NCBI GenBank assembly: GCA_965649295.1
Contig: CBFGKH010000003.1
Location: 96,001 to 160,000 of the forward strand
Length of the DNA stretch: 64,000 nucleotides
Source of the DNA: a candidate division WOR-3 bacterium
GTDB lineage: Bacteria; Hydrothermota; Tepidihabitantia; Tepidihabitantales; Tepidihabitantaceae
Direction of reading: 5' to 3'
Every line of letters begins with the position of its first letter. The first letter of the stretch is position 1. The position numbers and the translations under genes are program-made. Positions 20,201 through 30,021 of the stretch are shown here, piece after piece. Under the pieces are notes generated by a model. That model was not told where the DNA came from. It made no database searches and saw only the letters and a list, made by a program, of their open reading frames with translations.

Positions 20201-20620
20201 GGCCTGGCTGATGCGTAGTCGCTCAATGACGGCACGCGGCAATCGGATTCGACCAGGTGGCTTGGTGCCTGGTGTTGCCGCCCGCTGAGTGGCCAAATAT
20301 ACCCCAAGACCACTGACCAGCACTTCTCGAAAGGAAAACCGGCCGCGCAACATCCCGAGCAGGTCGTAGTCGAGCTTGACTGACTCCGCCTTGATAGAAT
20401 CCGAGCCCGACACGACCCTTAGTTCATAAAGCTGGGGACGCGCAAAAATGTCGCCAGCGATTCGGCCACAGCTCACTGAGCCGTTCAGCGAACGACCCAG
20501 CGCAGCAAGCACTCGACCCAAAACAAAGCGGCCCAACGGCTGCCGGAACAATAGCAACGAAACTACTACTGCCAGCACTGCAATCAGAAGAACCAGACCG
20601 CGACTGCGCCTAGAAGGCAT
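17249..20620 (-). CDS. Translocation/assembly module TamB-like protein
   Basis: N-terminal anchor, long beta-rich body, C-terminal TVGKYIGRNLYVSY...RFKLRY (DUF490-like). ATG 20620 overlaps the upstream Omp85 gene. Confidence 0.85.
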   Translation of the reverse strand: MPSRRSRGLVLLIAVLAVVVSLLLFRQPLGRFVLGRVLAALGRSLNGSVSCGRIAGDIFARPQLYELRVVSGSDSIKAESVKLDYDLLGMLRGRFSFREVLVSGLGVYLATQRAATPGTKPPGRIRLPRAVIERLRISQAQVVLDSQVLVDSLGLELNLLSRPRLLQAELDSFTAVFAPKKLAVRRMRARLELTPDTLRLIGFELATPASVLTGDLKLGLTDNGLSLRVSELRVSLPELLNQPGWFRFHGEGRIEDKTRSASGRYAATGLLVGRVTLPEITGHLRLQNNTVELSAAGADTALGEFDLAGRVDITTLAFAVEAKLRDLALRRLTNDLPNVRLGARVVASGQGIDSIDCTIAASASELGVESLRASVSWRRAVNRQQLRLEEFTIAGPLGQLAGNGQWQDGRTRAKVRFDRLDAGLLGNILAVPASGQFDGELTMVMGETSTRVFGAIAASGLAVARVKVAHARAALDLSYQEELLGMLTLDAESLTAVGINIDRASIGLDSGRLDLRLRLPQNELLAAGDVRLRLDRLDLTASSFRFSTEQETLVTTQPFRLVVFSDSVLLQGVAAAIAGGRFEFDLAAAAKGLPRLRLAARQLDIAQLAGLFRLNEPCRGTLDVDINGQDTMVVELRISQPVLPAIGLELASAVLGARISRDQLRIDSLALISADPTMPDTSRISGTIALNLNGSFGLGPADLDIALRNPGAWALFFLVPTFAVRQPLIYGDVQLSGELTRPRLKGRARISRARVLMPDLNLAVERVAAELTFDSCRITLQKIAGESGKGMVFVNGFVDLGANWVVDSIQCDVQFSGVTFNPEPELFAIGSGRLRVDWSPIKPLSLAGQVDVDEALIAYGFGRPALPPSRPDTTLLYDVRVRGERNIWLRNQLADIEFGIDLNVRKTRTDVIYSGELVSRQGSLYYLDHTLRVDSGVVRFENINRLDPDLAIVAAMPVRALHRNGGADTPERIVITLTGTLEQPVFDLASDPPGWGAEEIASYLSLNVTPDELNALDQKEAVTRLLSDRLLSYFQTQAAKRARSFASLDYLEFETGLISGRDTRVTVGKYIGRNLYVSYAQSFTGDLQPVFRVEYYLNRRNELVAGRSEDGRYSLRYRFKLRY

Positions 20621-22331
20621 GTAGTAATCCCAGATAGAACCGGCCATGGTCGCTGGCTGTGGCGTTGCGCAGACGCTTGCCCCAGTCCAAGCGCACCGGT
20701 CCAATCGGCGTGCGGACTCTGATACCCAAACCAGCGCCGTATTCAAGTTCGGTGAACTCGATACGGTTCGTAACCTGACCGATATCGAAGAAGACGACCA
20801 GTCCAACCCATCGGAAGAAGTAGCCGGACCGCAACTCGATGTTGGCGTTCAAAACGGTTGGGCCGTAGCGCCAGAATCCAGGTGCAGAGTCGGGTCCGAG
20901 CGAACGCTCATCGTAGCCGCGCAGCGAGTTGCGCCCGCCCAGGGTGAATGACTCATAGTACGGTGCCCGTTCAATACGCCCAAAAGGCAGCACTGCGCCG
21001 GCCATCGCCCTAGCCGCTAGAACCAGCCGCGGCCCTAACCCAGCAAAAGACCGAACCTCAGCCGTCAGTCGCCGGAAGTCGTTGTTTCCGCCCAAGACTC
21101 CGCCAGCAGCCTCAGCAGTTGTCTGCGCATAAATGCCACGAGACGGGTCGAAAATATCATTGCGGCTGTCATACTGCAACGAAAGCCCAACTGAGTTCGT
21201 AATCCCGGTGAGACTGGGACGCACGAACCGCAGCCGGTTGGCGATACCAACCACCAATTGCGGCGCTACATTGCGACTCATTCCAGTCTCAATGCTGTAG
21301 TCAATACGCCGCAGCGAATCAGTAACCTCGTAGGTAAACGACGGTCTTGTCTGAAAATCAATTCTCGTCAGTACCAGGTATGGTATCCGGTAGCGACCGT
21401 TCAGGTTCGCCCGATAGTTGCCGGTCAGGTCTGGACTGACCTCAGCTCCGATTACTGCGGTATGGCCGATGCCGAAAAGGTTGTCGTGCTCCCACTCGAC
21501 CGAAGAGAGGAGACGAATCGGTGTTGCCTCAACGCCCGCGCCGACTGAAAAACCACGATACTGCTGCTCGGTCACGTCAAACCGAACTACCACCTCATCT
21601 GCCGCCGAATCAGGCCGAAGCACAAAAAAGGCCACCCGCGAAAAGAGACGGGTACTGTAGAGCCGGCGCTGAGCAGCATAGAGTTCCCGTTGCGAAAACC
21701 ACTGGCCGGCCCGCAACTCGCTGGCACGAGTAATGATTGGTGTACGGACAGTTCGATTGCCGCGCACTCGCACTTCGCGAATCCGACAACGCGGCCCCTC
21801 AGCAATCGTGTAGCCAATCCAGACAAGCGTGTCGTCAGGCGCCGAACTCTGCAGGGACGGCTGGTCGAGAGTCACCTCCACAAATGGGTAGCCGGAGTTG
21901 AGATAGTGATTGCGGATGGCTTCAAGCCCAGCACCAAGCTGGGCGAACACGAGTGCCCCGCCCGGCTGACAAGGCAGCAATCCAAGCAGAGTAGCGGCTG
22001 GAAAGACATTAGCCCCGGCAATATCAATGCCGGCAATTTTGGTACGCGGCCCTTCCTCAATATTGAAAACCGCTACCGGCCGGCGGCGGCCCGGCACGAC
22101 CGACCGTTCAACCCGCACGTGCCTGAACCCTTGTTCTTCGTACACCCGTTCGATTGTGGCCGCATCGCGAACCAGTTGCGCATCACCGGTCGGCTTACCC
22201 GGCCGAGCGCTGACGAGCTGAGCAAGCACATGACGTGAAAGAGCCCGGTTACCATTGAAGCGAACCGCTTCGAGTGTCTCGCCAGCCGCAAACGGCCCGG
22301 CCGCAACCACCAGTACCAGCAGGGCAACCAT
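20610..22331 (-). CDS. Omp85 family (TamA/BamA-like) outer membrane protein with three POTRA domains
   Basis: POTRA GN/EGP motifs, LGGRNSLRGY, GLGIRVRTPIGPVRLDWG, terminal F. Start ATG 22331 or 22385. Confidence 0.92.
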   Translation of the reverse strand: MVALLVLVVAAGPFAAGETLEAVRFNGNRALSRHVLAQLVSARPGKPTGDAQLVRDAATIERVYEEQGFRHVRVERSVVPGRRRPVAVFNIEEGPRTKIAGIDIAGANVFPAATLLGLLPCQPGGALVFAQLGAGLEAIRNHYLNSGYPFVEVTLDQPSLQSSAPDDTLVWIGYTIAEGPRCRIREVRVRGNRTVRTPIITRASELRAGQWFSQRELYAAQRRLYSTRLFSRVAFFVLRPDSAADEVVVRFDVTEQQYRGFSVGAGVEATPIRLLSSVEWEHDNLFGIGHTAVIGAEVSPDLTGNYRANLNGRYRIPYLVLTRIDFQTRPSFTYEVTDSLRRIDYSIETGMSRNVAPQLVVGIANRLRFVRPSLTGITNSVGLSLQYDSRNDIFDPSRGIYAQTTAEAAGGVLGGNNDFRRLTAEVRSFAGLGPRLVLAARAMAGAVLPFGRIERAPYYESFTLGGRNSLRGYDERSLGPDSAPGFWRYGPTVLNANIELRSGYFFRWVGLVVFFDIGQVTNRIEFTELEYGAGLGIRVRTPIGPVRLDWGKRLRNATASDHGRFYLGLLHAF

Positions 22332-22471
22332 TACTGCAGCGCGGGCCTCGACCCAAAAGAGGGATGCACGCCTGATATTAGCCATGCGATGACCGAAGCG
22401 TCAAGCTCGCCGTTAGCACTCGCCCGACTGTTGACTTCGCCGGCTCGTCTTCTATTCTGTGCGTAAGAATC

Positions 22472-24178
22472 ATGGCGAGTCATCGAACAATTGTAGCACC
22501 TCGTGGCAACGGACTCTCCTGTCGAGGCTGGCAGCAGGAAGCCGCATTGCGGATGCTTTGCAACAATCTTGACCCGGCAGTGGCCGAAAACCCGGCTGAG
22601 CTTGTTGTGTATGGCGGTACTGGTCGTGCTGCCCGCAACTGGGATTGTTTCGACGCCATTGTTAGGACTCTACGGACACTGGCTGACGATGAAACACTGC
22701 TGGTACAGTCCGGCAAACCGGTCGGCGTCTTCCGCACCTGGCCCCACAGCCCGCGTGTGCTCATCGCCAATTCGAATCTTGTCCCGCACTGGGCCACCAA
22801 ATCTTACTTTGATGAACTAGAACAAGCCGGTCTCATAATGTACGGCCAGATGACGGCCGGTTCCTGGATATACATCGGCACCCAGGGAATTCTTCAGGGA
22901 ACACACGAGACATTTGTCGCAGCTGGCAAGAAACACTTCGGCACCGGTGACCTTACTGGCCGTTTGGTAGTCTCTGGTGGCCTGGGAGGAATGAGCGGTG
23001 CTCAGCCGCTGGCGGCAACGATGGCCGGCGCCACCTATCTCGGTGCCGAAGTTGACCCGGCCCGTATCGAACGTCGCCTGGCAGCGAAGAAGCCCCGCTA
23101 TCTCGACCAACGGATTGACGATCTCGACAAGGCGATTGACCAAGCACTTGACTATCGCCGCCATCGTCAGGCTCAGAGCATTGGCTGGTGCGGCAATATC
23201 GTTGACCTCCTTGCCCGACTTGTCGAACGCGAGGTGGTGCCGGACCTCCTCACTGACCAGACCTCGGCCCACGATGAACTGAACGGCTATGTACCAGCGG
23301 GAATGAGCTTCAACCAGGCGCTGGAACTGCGCCGTACGAACCCAGCTGCCTATCGGGACGCCGCGTACAAGACAATGGCCACCCACGTGCGGCTCATGCT
23401 TCGGTTGCAGGCGATGGGCGCAGTAACCTTCGACTATGGCAACAATCTCCGTGGCAAAGCACTGGAAGGCGGACATCTGGCCGAGGCAGAGATTCGAACT
23501 CCCGGCCGCGTTGGCTCCTGGAAGTATCCTGGCTTTGTGCCAGCCTACATCCGGCCGCTCTTCTGTGAAGGTAAGGGGCCGTTTCGCTGGGTAGCACTTT
23601 CCGGTGACGCGGCCGACATCACCGAAACCGACCGCATCATCGCTGAACTCTTCCCTGACAATGGCCCGCTATTGAACTGGCTCCGTAAGGCCGGTGAGCT
23701 TATTCCCTATCAGGGACTACCAGCCCGCATCTGCTGGTTGGGCTATGGCGAACGCGACCGGGCCGGACTCGCATTCAACAAGGCGGTACGCGAGGGCCGC
23801 ATCAAGGCACCGATTGTGATTGGTCGCGACCATCTCGACTGCGGGTCAGTTGCCTCACCAAACCGTGAAACCGAGGCAATGAAAGACGGCTCCGATGCAA
23901 TCGCCGATTGGCCACTGCTCAATGCCCTGCTCAATGTCGCCTCTGGTGCTTCATGGGTCTCAATTCACCACGGCGGTGGAGTTGGCATCGGCTACTCGAT
24001 TCACGCTGGCCAAGTCATTGTCTGCGACGGCACGCCAGCGATGGACGGCCGTATCCAGCGCGTTCTCACTAACGATCCGGGGACTGGTGTGATGCGACAC
24101 GCTGACGCGGGATACGAAGAGGCGTTACTCGTGGCGCGTCAGCGCGGTATCAGGCTACCGATGTACGACCAAGGCTAG
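22472..24178 (+). CDS. hutU: Urocanate hydratase
   Basis: [56 protein letters not shown]. Confidence 0.98.
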   Translation: MASHRTIVAPRGNGLSCRGWQQEAALRMLCNNLDPAVAENPAELVVYGGTGRAARNWDCFDAIVRTLRTLADDETLLVQSGKPVGVFRTWPHSPRVLIANSNLVPHWATKSYFDELEQAGLIMYGQMTAGSWIYIGTQGILQGTHETFVAAGKKHFGTGDLTGRLVVSGGLGGMSGAQPLAATMAGATYLGAEVDPARIERRLAAKKPRYLDQRIDDLDKAIDQALDYRRHRQAQSIGWCGNIVDLLARLVEREVVPDLLTDQTSAHDELNGYVPAGMSFNQALELRRTNPAAYRDAAYKTMATHVRLMLRLQAMGAVTFDYGNNLRGKALEGGHLAEAEIRTPGRVGSWKYPGFVPAYIRPLFCEGKGPFRWVALSGDAADITETDRIIAELFPDNGPLLNWLRKAGELIPYQGLPARICWLGYGERDRAGLAFNKAVREGRIKAPIVIGRDHLDCGSVASPNRETEAMKDGSDAIADWPLLNALLNVASGASWVSIHHGGGVGIGYSIHAGQVIVCDGTPAMDGRIQRVLTNDPGTGVMRHADAGYEEALLVARQRGIRLPMYDQG

Positions 24179-24223
24179 CCCACGCTCGGTTCGCGTTCTG
24201 TCCTCCATTCACCTGCCCGCAGT

Positions 24224-25558
24224 GTGCAGCTTGCGTTCTGCCTGCTTCTTGCCTGCTCCACCTTCAAGCCACTTTCCCCGGCGGATCGGCTGAACGCGTC
24301 CGAACGGCTCGACTATGTCACCCTGCTGGCACTGGCCCCGGATATGGCCGCAACCTTTGCAAGTCAACCCACTGGGACGGCTCGTGCCAGCTACCTGGAC
24401 TGGTTCTGGCAGAACTGGCCAGCGGTCAAAAACACCGCCCCCGACTCGCTGCGCCGGCTCTATCGCGAGCGAGCCGAGCAGGCTCGCCGATTCTACGGCT
24501 CAACCGACCTGCTCGGCGACGACCGGGTTCGCGCCTACATCAGGTATGGCCCACCACGGCGCGAGGTTTTTGCACCCCGCTTACCGGCGCAGGACACGGT
24601 CCGTTATGTTGTCAGTCCGGCTGAGATTTGGACCTATGATTCGCTCGGTCTCCAGCTCGACTTTGTCCGCACTGGTGTCAGCTACAAGCTCGTTGGCGAG
24701 TCCCGTTTTGGTGCCAGCGTTACCGTGCCTGCACTTGAACCGCTCGACCTCAGCCTGTCTCGGCCCCAGCTCAAGCCGGATGCCCGTGCGCTCGATATCG
24801 GATTCGCTCTGTATCGGTTAGGACAGCAGTCTGACTCCGTCGAAGTCGAAATCCAGTATGGACTGCCCCTAGCTGACATCAGGTCAGTTTTCCCGTCGGG
24901 CACACAACCTCGATTCTACTGCCGGATTGACTTTGATCCGCGCGGCAGGGGCCTACCGCAAACCATCATCCGCTGGGACGGCTGCCCAGCAGTCAGTGAT
25001 TCGGCTGCAACTGGCCAAGCAGTCGCTCTTGAACGCCTATACCTGCCGGCTGATGTCTATCGTGTTAGGATTGAGATTGTTGCCGGCAACGGTCGGGCAG
25101 CCGGTTCTCGCAGTGCTGAGCTCAATCTGATTGAGTACGCCAGGCGGGCTCAGCCGGCCTCTGACATCGTTTTCTACGCCCTAGCTGACTCGACCTACCA
25201 GAGTGAACAATTCCGCCGTTCCGGCTGGCTTCGACTCATTCCCAACTGCGGTCGGCAACTACGCTCCGGCAGCACTGGTTATCTGCTATACGAGCTATAC
25301 AACCTAGGAGTTGACTCAACCGGCAGTCACCGGCTTGAAGCCGACTACGACTTTATCGAGCGATCGACGCGGCAGGTGACATTTCCCGCCTCACCGCAAC
25401 GGTTCGTCACCGGTGTTGGTGCAACTGCCCGCATTGTCGAACGGATCCATACGATGAACCTGCGACCGGGAACCTATCTCATTGTTGCCCGAGCCAACGA
25501 CCTCCAAGCAGCTCGTCAGATTACGCTCACTTCTGAACTGGAGATAACCCCTCGCTAG
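24224..25558 (+). CDS. GWxTD-domain-like exported protein
   Basis: FW...Y..R...A..FY...DDR.RAYIRYGPP...EIWTY pattern plus a C-terminal beta-sandwich (LRPGTYLI); the GWxTD motif itself is degenerate. Confidence 0.7.
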   Translation: MQLAFCLLLACSTFKPLSPADRLNASERLDYVTLLALAPDMAATFASQPTGTARASYLDWFWQNWPAVKNTAPDSLRRLYRERAEQARRFYGSTDLLGDDRVRAYIRYGPPRREVFAPRLPAQDTVRYVVSPAEIWTYDSLGLQLDFVRTGVSYKLVGESRFGASVTVPALEPLDLSLSRPQLKPDARALDIGFALYRLGQQSDSVEVEIQYGLPLADIRSVFPSGTQPRFYCRIDFDPRGRGLPQTIIRWDGCPAVSDSAATGQAVALERLYLPADVYRVRIEIVAGNGRAAGSRSAELNLIEYARRAQPASDIVFYALADSTYQSEQFRRSGWLRLIPNCGRQLRSGSTGYLLYELYNLGVDSTGSHRLEADYDFIERSTRQVTFPASPQRFVTGVGATARIVERIHTMNLRPGTYLIVARANDLQAARQITLTSELEITPR

Positions 25559-25559
25559 G

Positions 25560-26189
25560 TCAGCCAACAAGCCAGGCCTTAAGCCAACCCAGCCCATAGG
25601 CAACTCCGGTCGTAAGCCACGTCGGCCACTCCAGCCTTGCCCTCTCCCACTGCCACTCTTGCCGGTTCTGCCCAACACCGTCCACCTGGCATTGGGTTTT
25701 GGCCCTTGGCCTCTGGCTTTGTTCCGCCCCACCCCCTTTGCCACCGTCCGCTGCCCCCGTTTCTGCCTGCTCGCTTCGCCCGCTACTCACTGGTTGGTGC
25801 TCACTCAGGTATTCTTCCTCTGCCAAAACAATCAACGCATATTCGGCACAGAACAATACAAACACCATCGCTGCCAGCCACAGCGGCGGCAATAATGCCA
25901 GCAGCACACCCAGCACCAGTAACGCGTTGCCCAGATACAACGGATGCCTGACAAAGTGATATGGTCCAGCAACGATGCGTTCACTGCCACCGATAGTAGT
26001 AACACGCGCTCCCGTGCCGATATGGCCCATTGCCCAGAACCGCATCCCCAGCCCTGCTAGCAGCAGTGGCACCGCCCCGATTAAGCTGGCCAGCCTTGGT
26101 TCTGCCTGCCAGAAAACCAGAAAGTAGCCGATGAAACCGATCACTCCGCGCCAGCGAAACAGCCAACGGCCGAATTCCGTCAACGCCAC
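25560..26189 (-). CDS. Isoprenylcysteine carboxyl methyltransferase/PEMT family membrane protein
   Basis: RFWAMGHI, GPYHFVRHPLYLGN, AEEEYL. Confidence 0.85.
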   Translation of the reverse strand: MALTEFGRWLFRWRGVIGFIGYFLVFWQAEPRLASLIGAVPLLLAGLGMRFWAMGHIGTGARVTTIGGSERIVAGPYHFVRHPLYLGNALLVLGVLLALLPPLWLAAMVFVLFCAEYALIVLAEEEYLSEHQPVSSGRSEQAETGAADGGKGGGAEQSQRPRAKTQCQVDGVGQNRQEWQWERARLEWPTWLTTGVAYGLGWLKAWLVG

Positions 26190-26297
26190 GGCTAATCTCT
26201 ACCCATCAACACTTGTGTCCTCTTCATTCACCGGGATTGACGGGTTGCCTTCGGTGCCGCCATTCCCGCCTGCTGGTCAAACGCCGCTGCTAGACTG

Positions 26298-27137
26298 CTA
26301 CTTCAGCCCGAAACCGAGTGAGACCGACACGGTACCGAGCCAGTTCTTGTTGTAGCCGTCGGCGCCGGGATTCTCGGGGTTGTTCTGCTGACCTTCGGCC
26401 CCACCGCCGAGGTAGCGAACGTTCAAATAGCCGTCGAGCCAGTCGCTGAAGACGCGGCCGTAGCGCACCGCCGCATCGAGGATCGCACCCTTGAAACTCG
26501 ACGTGACATTCGTACTGCCGGTGACAAACTTACCCTGAGCATAGAAACCATCAACCTCGGTGCCGAACCAGGAATGGTCGTCAATTGGTAGCCTCGCCCG
26601 AAGCCGTAGGACCGGAACCGGGCCGATGTCATTGTAAGCGGCTAGTAGGTCGCCGTTCTTAGCCGCGAAGCTGATGGCTGCGTCACGAATCTGCAGCGAG
26701 GCACCGAATGCCAGCTCGCGGTCCGGCTCAGGAAAGATGTCATACTGGTAGCTGAGCCGGTAGAAATCAAAGCCGTAGCGGAAGTTCATCGGGGTGCCGG
26801 CTGGGAAGGTAACGCTGTCAACAATCAGTGGTGCAAAGAGCCGCTGTTCGGTGCGGATATCAATTGGCTGATACAAAAAGACGATGGAATGGCGCGGCTT
26901 CAGGTGCAGTTCGGCAGCAAGACGGGAGAATGGAAACAGGATGTTCTGGCCCGCGTCTTTGACGTAATCAAACTCAGTGCCGTTGACGCCGAACTGAATG
27001 GTGTGGCTCGTAATACCGATGAAACCGATTTCAGTGCTGGCGCGCAGCTCATAGCTGCGGTCCCGGTCATTGAGCCAAGTCGCCGAGGCGAGCGAGGCAA
27101 TTAGCAGCACAGCAAGGGCAGCATGAGGATACTTCAT
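26298..27137 (-). CDS. Hypothetical outer-membrane beta-barrel protein
   Basis: RBS GGGAGG, signal peptide, alternating aromatic strands, C-terminal VSLGFGLK. Confidence 0.75.
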   Translation of the reverse strand: MKYPHAALAVLLIASLASATWLNDRDRSYELRASTEIGFIGITSHTIQFGVNGTEFDYVKDAGQNILFPFSRLAAELHLKPRHSIVFLYQPIDIRTEQRLFAPLIVDSVTFPAGTPMNFRYGFDFYRLSYQYDIFPEPDRELAFGASLQIRDAAISFAAKNGDLLAAYNDIGPVPVLRLRARLPIDDHSWFGTEVDGFYAQGKFVTGSTNVTSSFKGAILDAAVRYGRVFSDWLDGYLNVRYLGGGAEGQQNNPENPGADGYNKNWLGTVSVSLGFGLK

Positions 27138-27194
27138 TAGACCTCCCGGGTAAGTGTTATTTGACGCGAAAACCAGCCGGGCAGATTCGACCTG

Positions 27195-28037
27195 CTAGTA
27201 CTCGGCCGGGAGCTGTTTGAGCTGGGAGTAGGAGAAAACCGGGCCGTCTTTGCAGACGTAGAACTGGCCGACGTTGCAGTGGCCGCATTTGCCAATGCCG
27301 CACTTCATCCGGTTTTCGAGTGACAGATAGACGTTGTCCGGGCTGAACCCAAGCTCTTCCAGCACCGGATGGGTGAAGCGAATCATTACTGGTGGACCGC
27401 AGACGAGCGCAACCGCGTTCTCCGCGCTGGGCGCCACTTGCCTGAGCACGTTGGGCACCAAGCCTTCGGTCTTGGGCCACTGGGCTGAACCAAGCTTGTC
27501 CACGCAAAGATGCAAACTCAGGTCAGGGTTCGATTCCCAAGCCCGTAGTTCGTCTTTGTACAACAACTCGCCGGCCGAACGCGCGCCGTAAACAACGGTC
27601 AGCTTGCCAAATTGAGCGCGGCGAGCCGGGTCAAGCAGATGGACGATGGTCGAGCGCAAGGTGGTGAACGAAAAGCCACCAGAGACGATAACCACGTCCC
27701 GGCCCTGCATCCGGTCGAGCGGATAGGAATTGCCCCAGGGGCCGCGCAGGCCGATAGTCGCGCCCGGCTCCAGCTCATGTAAGGCAGTGGTGAACGAACC
27801 GACTCGCTTGACCGTGAACTTGACCAGCTCTTCGGACGGTGCTGAGGCAATACCGAATGGGGCCTCACCAACGCCCATGATCGAGAGAAACGCAAACTGG
27901 CCCGGGATGAACTCGAATGCCCGGCGCGCGGCCGGGTCGGCAAACGACAAGTCAAAGGTCTTGAGGTCGCGAGCATCGTTCTCGACCGTAATCCGTTCGA
28001 CTCTGACCGGCTGAGGCAAGTAGGGGTTGGCTGGCAT
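27195..28037 (-). CDS. FAD/NAD(P)-binding [2Fe-2S] oxidoreductase (FlxA/AsrB/HydG-like)
   Basis: PGQF, GEAPF, RGPWGN, CGPPVM, LENRMKCGIGKCGHC, CKDGPVF. Confidence 0.9.
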   Translation of the reverse strand: MPANPYLPQPVRVERITVENDARDLKTFDLSFADPAARRAFEFIPGQFAFLSIMGVGEAPFGIASAPSEELVKFTVKRVGSFTTALHELEPGATIGLRGPWGNSYPLDRMQGRDVVIVSGGFSFTTLRSTIVHLLDPARRAQFGKLTVVYGARSAGELLYKDELRAWESNPDLSLHLCVDKLGSAQWPKTEGLVPNVLRQVAPSAENAVALVCGPPVMIRFTHPVLEELGFSPDNVYLSLENRMKCGIGKCGHCNVGQFYVCKDGPVFSYSQLKQLPAEY

Positions 28038-29090
28038 CTACTTCTCCGCAAGACAGGACAGCAGGATGCTTACCGTTTCCCTGATGTCGATGTGGGCCGG
28101 GCACTCGCTAATGCAGCGACCACAGCCGACACACGAAACCTCGGCAATCATATCCACGGTGTATTTGAATTTATCCATCACTCGATTACGGTAGCGAGTC
28201 TCGGTCGCAGCCCGAGGGTTGTGGCCGGACGCGTGCTGCGTGTACTGACAGAACTGACAGGAGTCCCAGACGCGGATGCGAGCACCCCTGCCCTTGCGTT
28301 CTTCATCGGTAATGTCAAAACAATGGCAGGTTGGACAAAGAAACGTGCAGGCACCGCAGTTAACACAAGGCAAGCTGAGTTCCTCCCAGACCGGGTTGTC
28401 GAAGCCCGAGTCAAGGCGGCGCTTGAGGCCGGCAGTATCAATTGGCCGAGGCAATTGCTCAAGGCTCTTAGCCGCCAGCTCCTTTTTCTGTTCCAGGTCG
28501 CCGATTGCTGGGTCGGGCTGCGTGGCAATCAGTGCCACTCCCCTCTCAGTGATCGGCTCGGCCAGAAACCTGCCGCCAAGGTCGGTAAGCAGTAGGTCAA
28601 GACCACTGGTACCGAACGGCGAACCGCCGACTGCGGTACAGAAACAGGTCTCGGCTGGGGTGTTACAGGCAATGCCGACGAGCGTAGTTTTCTCACGTCG
28701 GCGCAGGTAGTATGAATCCGGTTGCCCCTGGCTGAAGAACTTGTCGAGCACGGCAATCGCGCGGGCATCGCAAGGCCGGACTCCGAGCACTATCTGTTCA
28801 TCTCCGGCCTTGGGTTCCATAGCTACAGCCGGATTGGTCGCTTCAAACCGAAGCATTACTTCCGACTGCGGAAAAAGCAGGGCTTTGGCACTAACCTTGG
28901 TGTTGACGCGGTCGAAGCAGGCCTCGGCCGCGGAGGTGATGCGGCGATACTCGGTCCAAGAAAGAAACTCTCTTGTCGGCTGACTTTTCAGGATGACACG
29001 CTGTGTCACCGGCGCGTAAACTGCGGCGTGTTTTGACCATTCGGCGACAAGCCGATCAAGCGCCTCAGCCGTGATGATACGCTCGGTCAT
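28038..29090 (-). CDS. 4Fe-4S dicluster protein (FlxB/AsrA-like)
   Basis: GVRPCD, CFCT, CVNCGACTFLCPTCHCF, WDSC, CVGCGRC...CP. Confidence 0.9.
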   Translation of the reverse strand: MTERIITAEALDRLVAEWSKHAAVYAPVTQRVILKSQPTREFLSWTEYRRITSAAEACFDRVNTKVSAKALLFPQSEVMLRFEATNPAVAMEPKAGDEQIVLGVRPCDARAIAVLDKFFSQGQPDSYYLRRREKTTLVGIACNTPAETCFCTAVGGSPFGTSGLDLLLTDLGGRFLAEPITERGVALIATQPDPAIGDLEQKKELAAKSLEQLPRPIDTAGLKRRLDSGFDNPVWEELSLPCVNCGACTFLCPTCHCFDITDEERKGRGARIRVWDSCQFCQYTQHASGHNPRAATETRYRNRVMDKFKYTVDMIAEVSCVGCGRCISECPAHIDIRETVSILLSCLAEK

Positions 29091-29101
29091 ACCGATTACC
29101 C

Positions 29102-29177
29102 TGTCATTCCGGGCACCGCGAGGAATCGCCGAATCAAACAGAGGCCATCCTTCGTCGCTGCGCTCCTGAGGATGACA
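29102..29177. repeat. REP-like palindromic element inside the flx-like operon
   Basis: TGTCATTCC...GAGGAATC ... ATCCTTCG...GAGGATGACA; same family as 3458-3827. Confidence 0.8.
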
Positions 29178-29184
29178 CTCCGTG

Positions 29185-30021
29185 TCACTTGATAAACTCC
29201 TGCTTGTCGTCCGGGCTGAATGCAGTCAGGGCCACGGGTTCATCCGGGTTCGTGCCAGCAACCGCCCCGAACCGGTCGCGGACAATTCTCGCTACCTTGC
29301 GGTTGAACTTCATCAGGTCAATACCCATTGGGCAGGCACGGGCGCACGCCCCGCACTCGACGCAGCGTCCAGCCATGTGCAAGGCCCGCATCAGGTGGAA
29401 TACCATGTTATCCGAAAGCTGCGGTGTCTTGCCGACCCACTGGGGTAAGTTCGAGTCAACAAAGCAGACCGGGCAATAGCAGTTCGGGCATACCTGACGA
29501 CAGGCATAACAGCGAATGCAGCGGCTCACGTCCTGCGACAACTGCTGCCAGCGTTCATCGGCCGAGAGCCGCTCGAACTCGGCAAGCCGGTCGGTCTCGG
29601 GCTCGTGCTCCGGCACCCGCTCACCAATCATCTCGTCGAAAATAACCGGGTTCGGATACCGACAGGTCGTGCAGGAATCGCTCAGACTCCCATTCTCCCG
29701 AATCCCCTCGCAGCCAACACCAAGAATCAAGAGCTGCTTCCGATCGAGCTGCCGTTCCTTGACAAGGCTGAGGATTGAACGCAAGTCGCAGCCCTTGGCG
29801 ATAACCGCGACCTTGCCGCGGTGTTTCACTTTCTGCAGATAGTTGGCAATGTTATGCCCGCAGCGGTCGTCAAAGATAAGGGTGTCAGCCTGCGCCGGCG
29901 TCGTAACAAAGGCAGGCTGGGCAACGCCCAGCGCTGTCTCGCGCCAACCGACAACCATCGCCACTGCCTGCTGTTCGAGCAGCTCACGGCAGCGCTTGCG
30001 CAGGGCCTCGGTGCGATTCAC
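29185..30021 (-). CDS. 4Fe-4S dicluster protein (FlxC / FdhB-like)
   Basis: KGCD.RS, RCIRCYACRQVCP.CYC..C, HMAGRCVECGACARACP. GTG 30021 overlaps the upstream stop (GTGA). Confidence 0.88.
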   Translation of the reverse strand: MNRTEALRKRCRELLEQQAVAMVVGWRETALGVAQPAFVTTPAQADTLIFDDRCGHNIANYLQKVKHRGKVAVIAKGCDLRSILSLVKERQLDRKQLLILGVGCEGIRENGSLSDSCTTCRYPNPVIFDEMIGERVPEHEPETDRLAEFERLSADERWQQLSQDVSRCIRCYACRQVCPNCYCPVCFVDSNLPQWVGKTPQLSDNMVFHLMRALHMAGRCVECGACARACPMGIDLMKFNRKVARIVRDRFGAVAGTNPDEPVALTAFSPDDKQEFIK

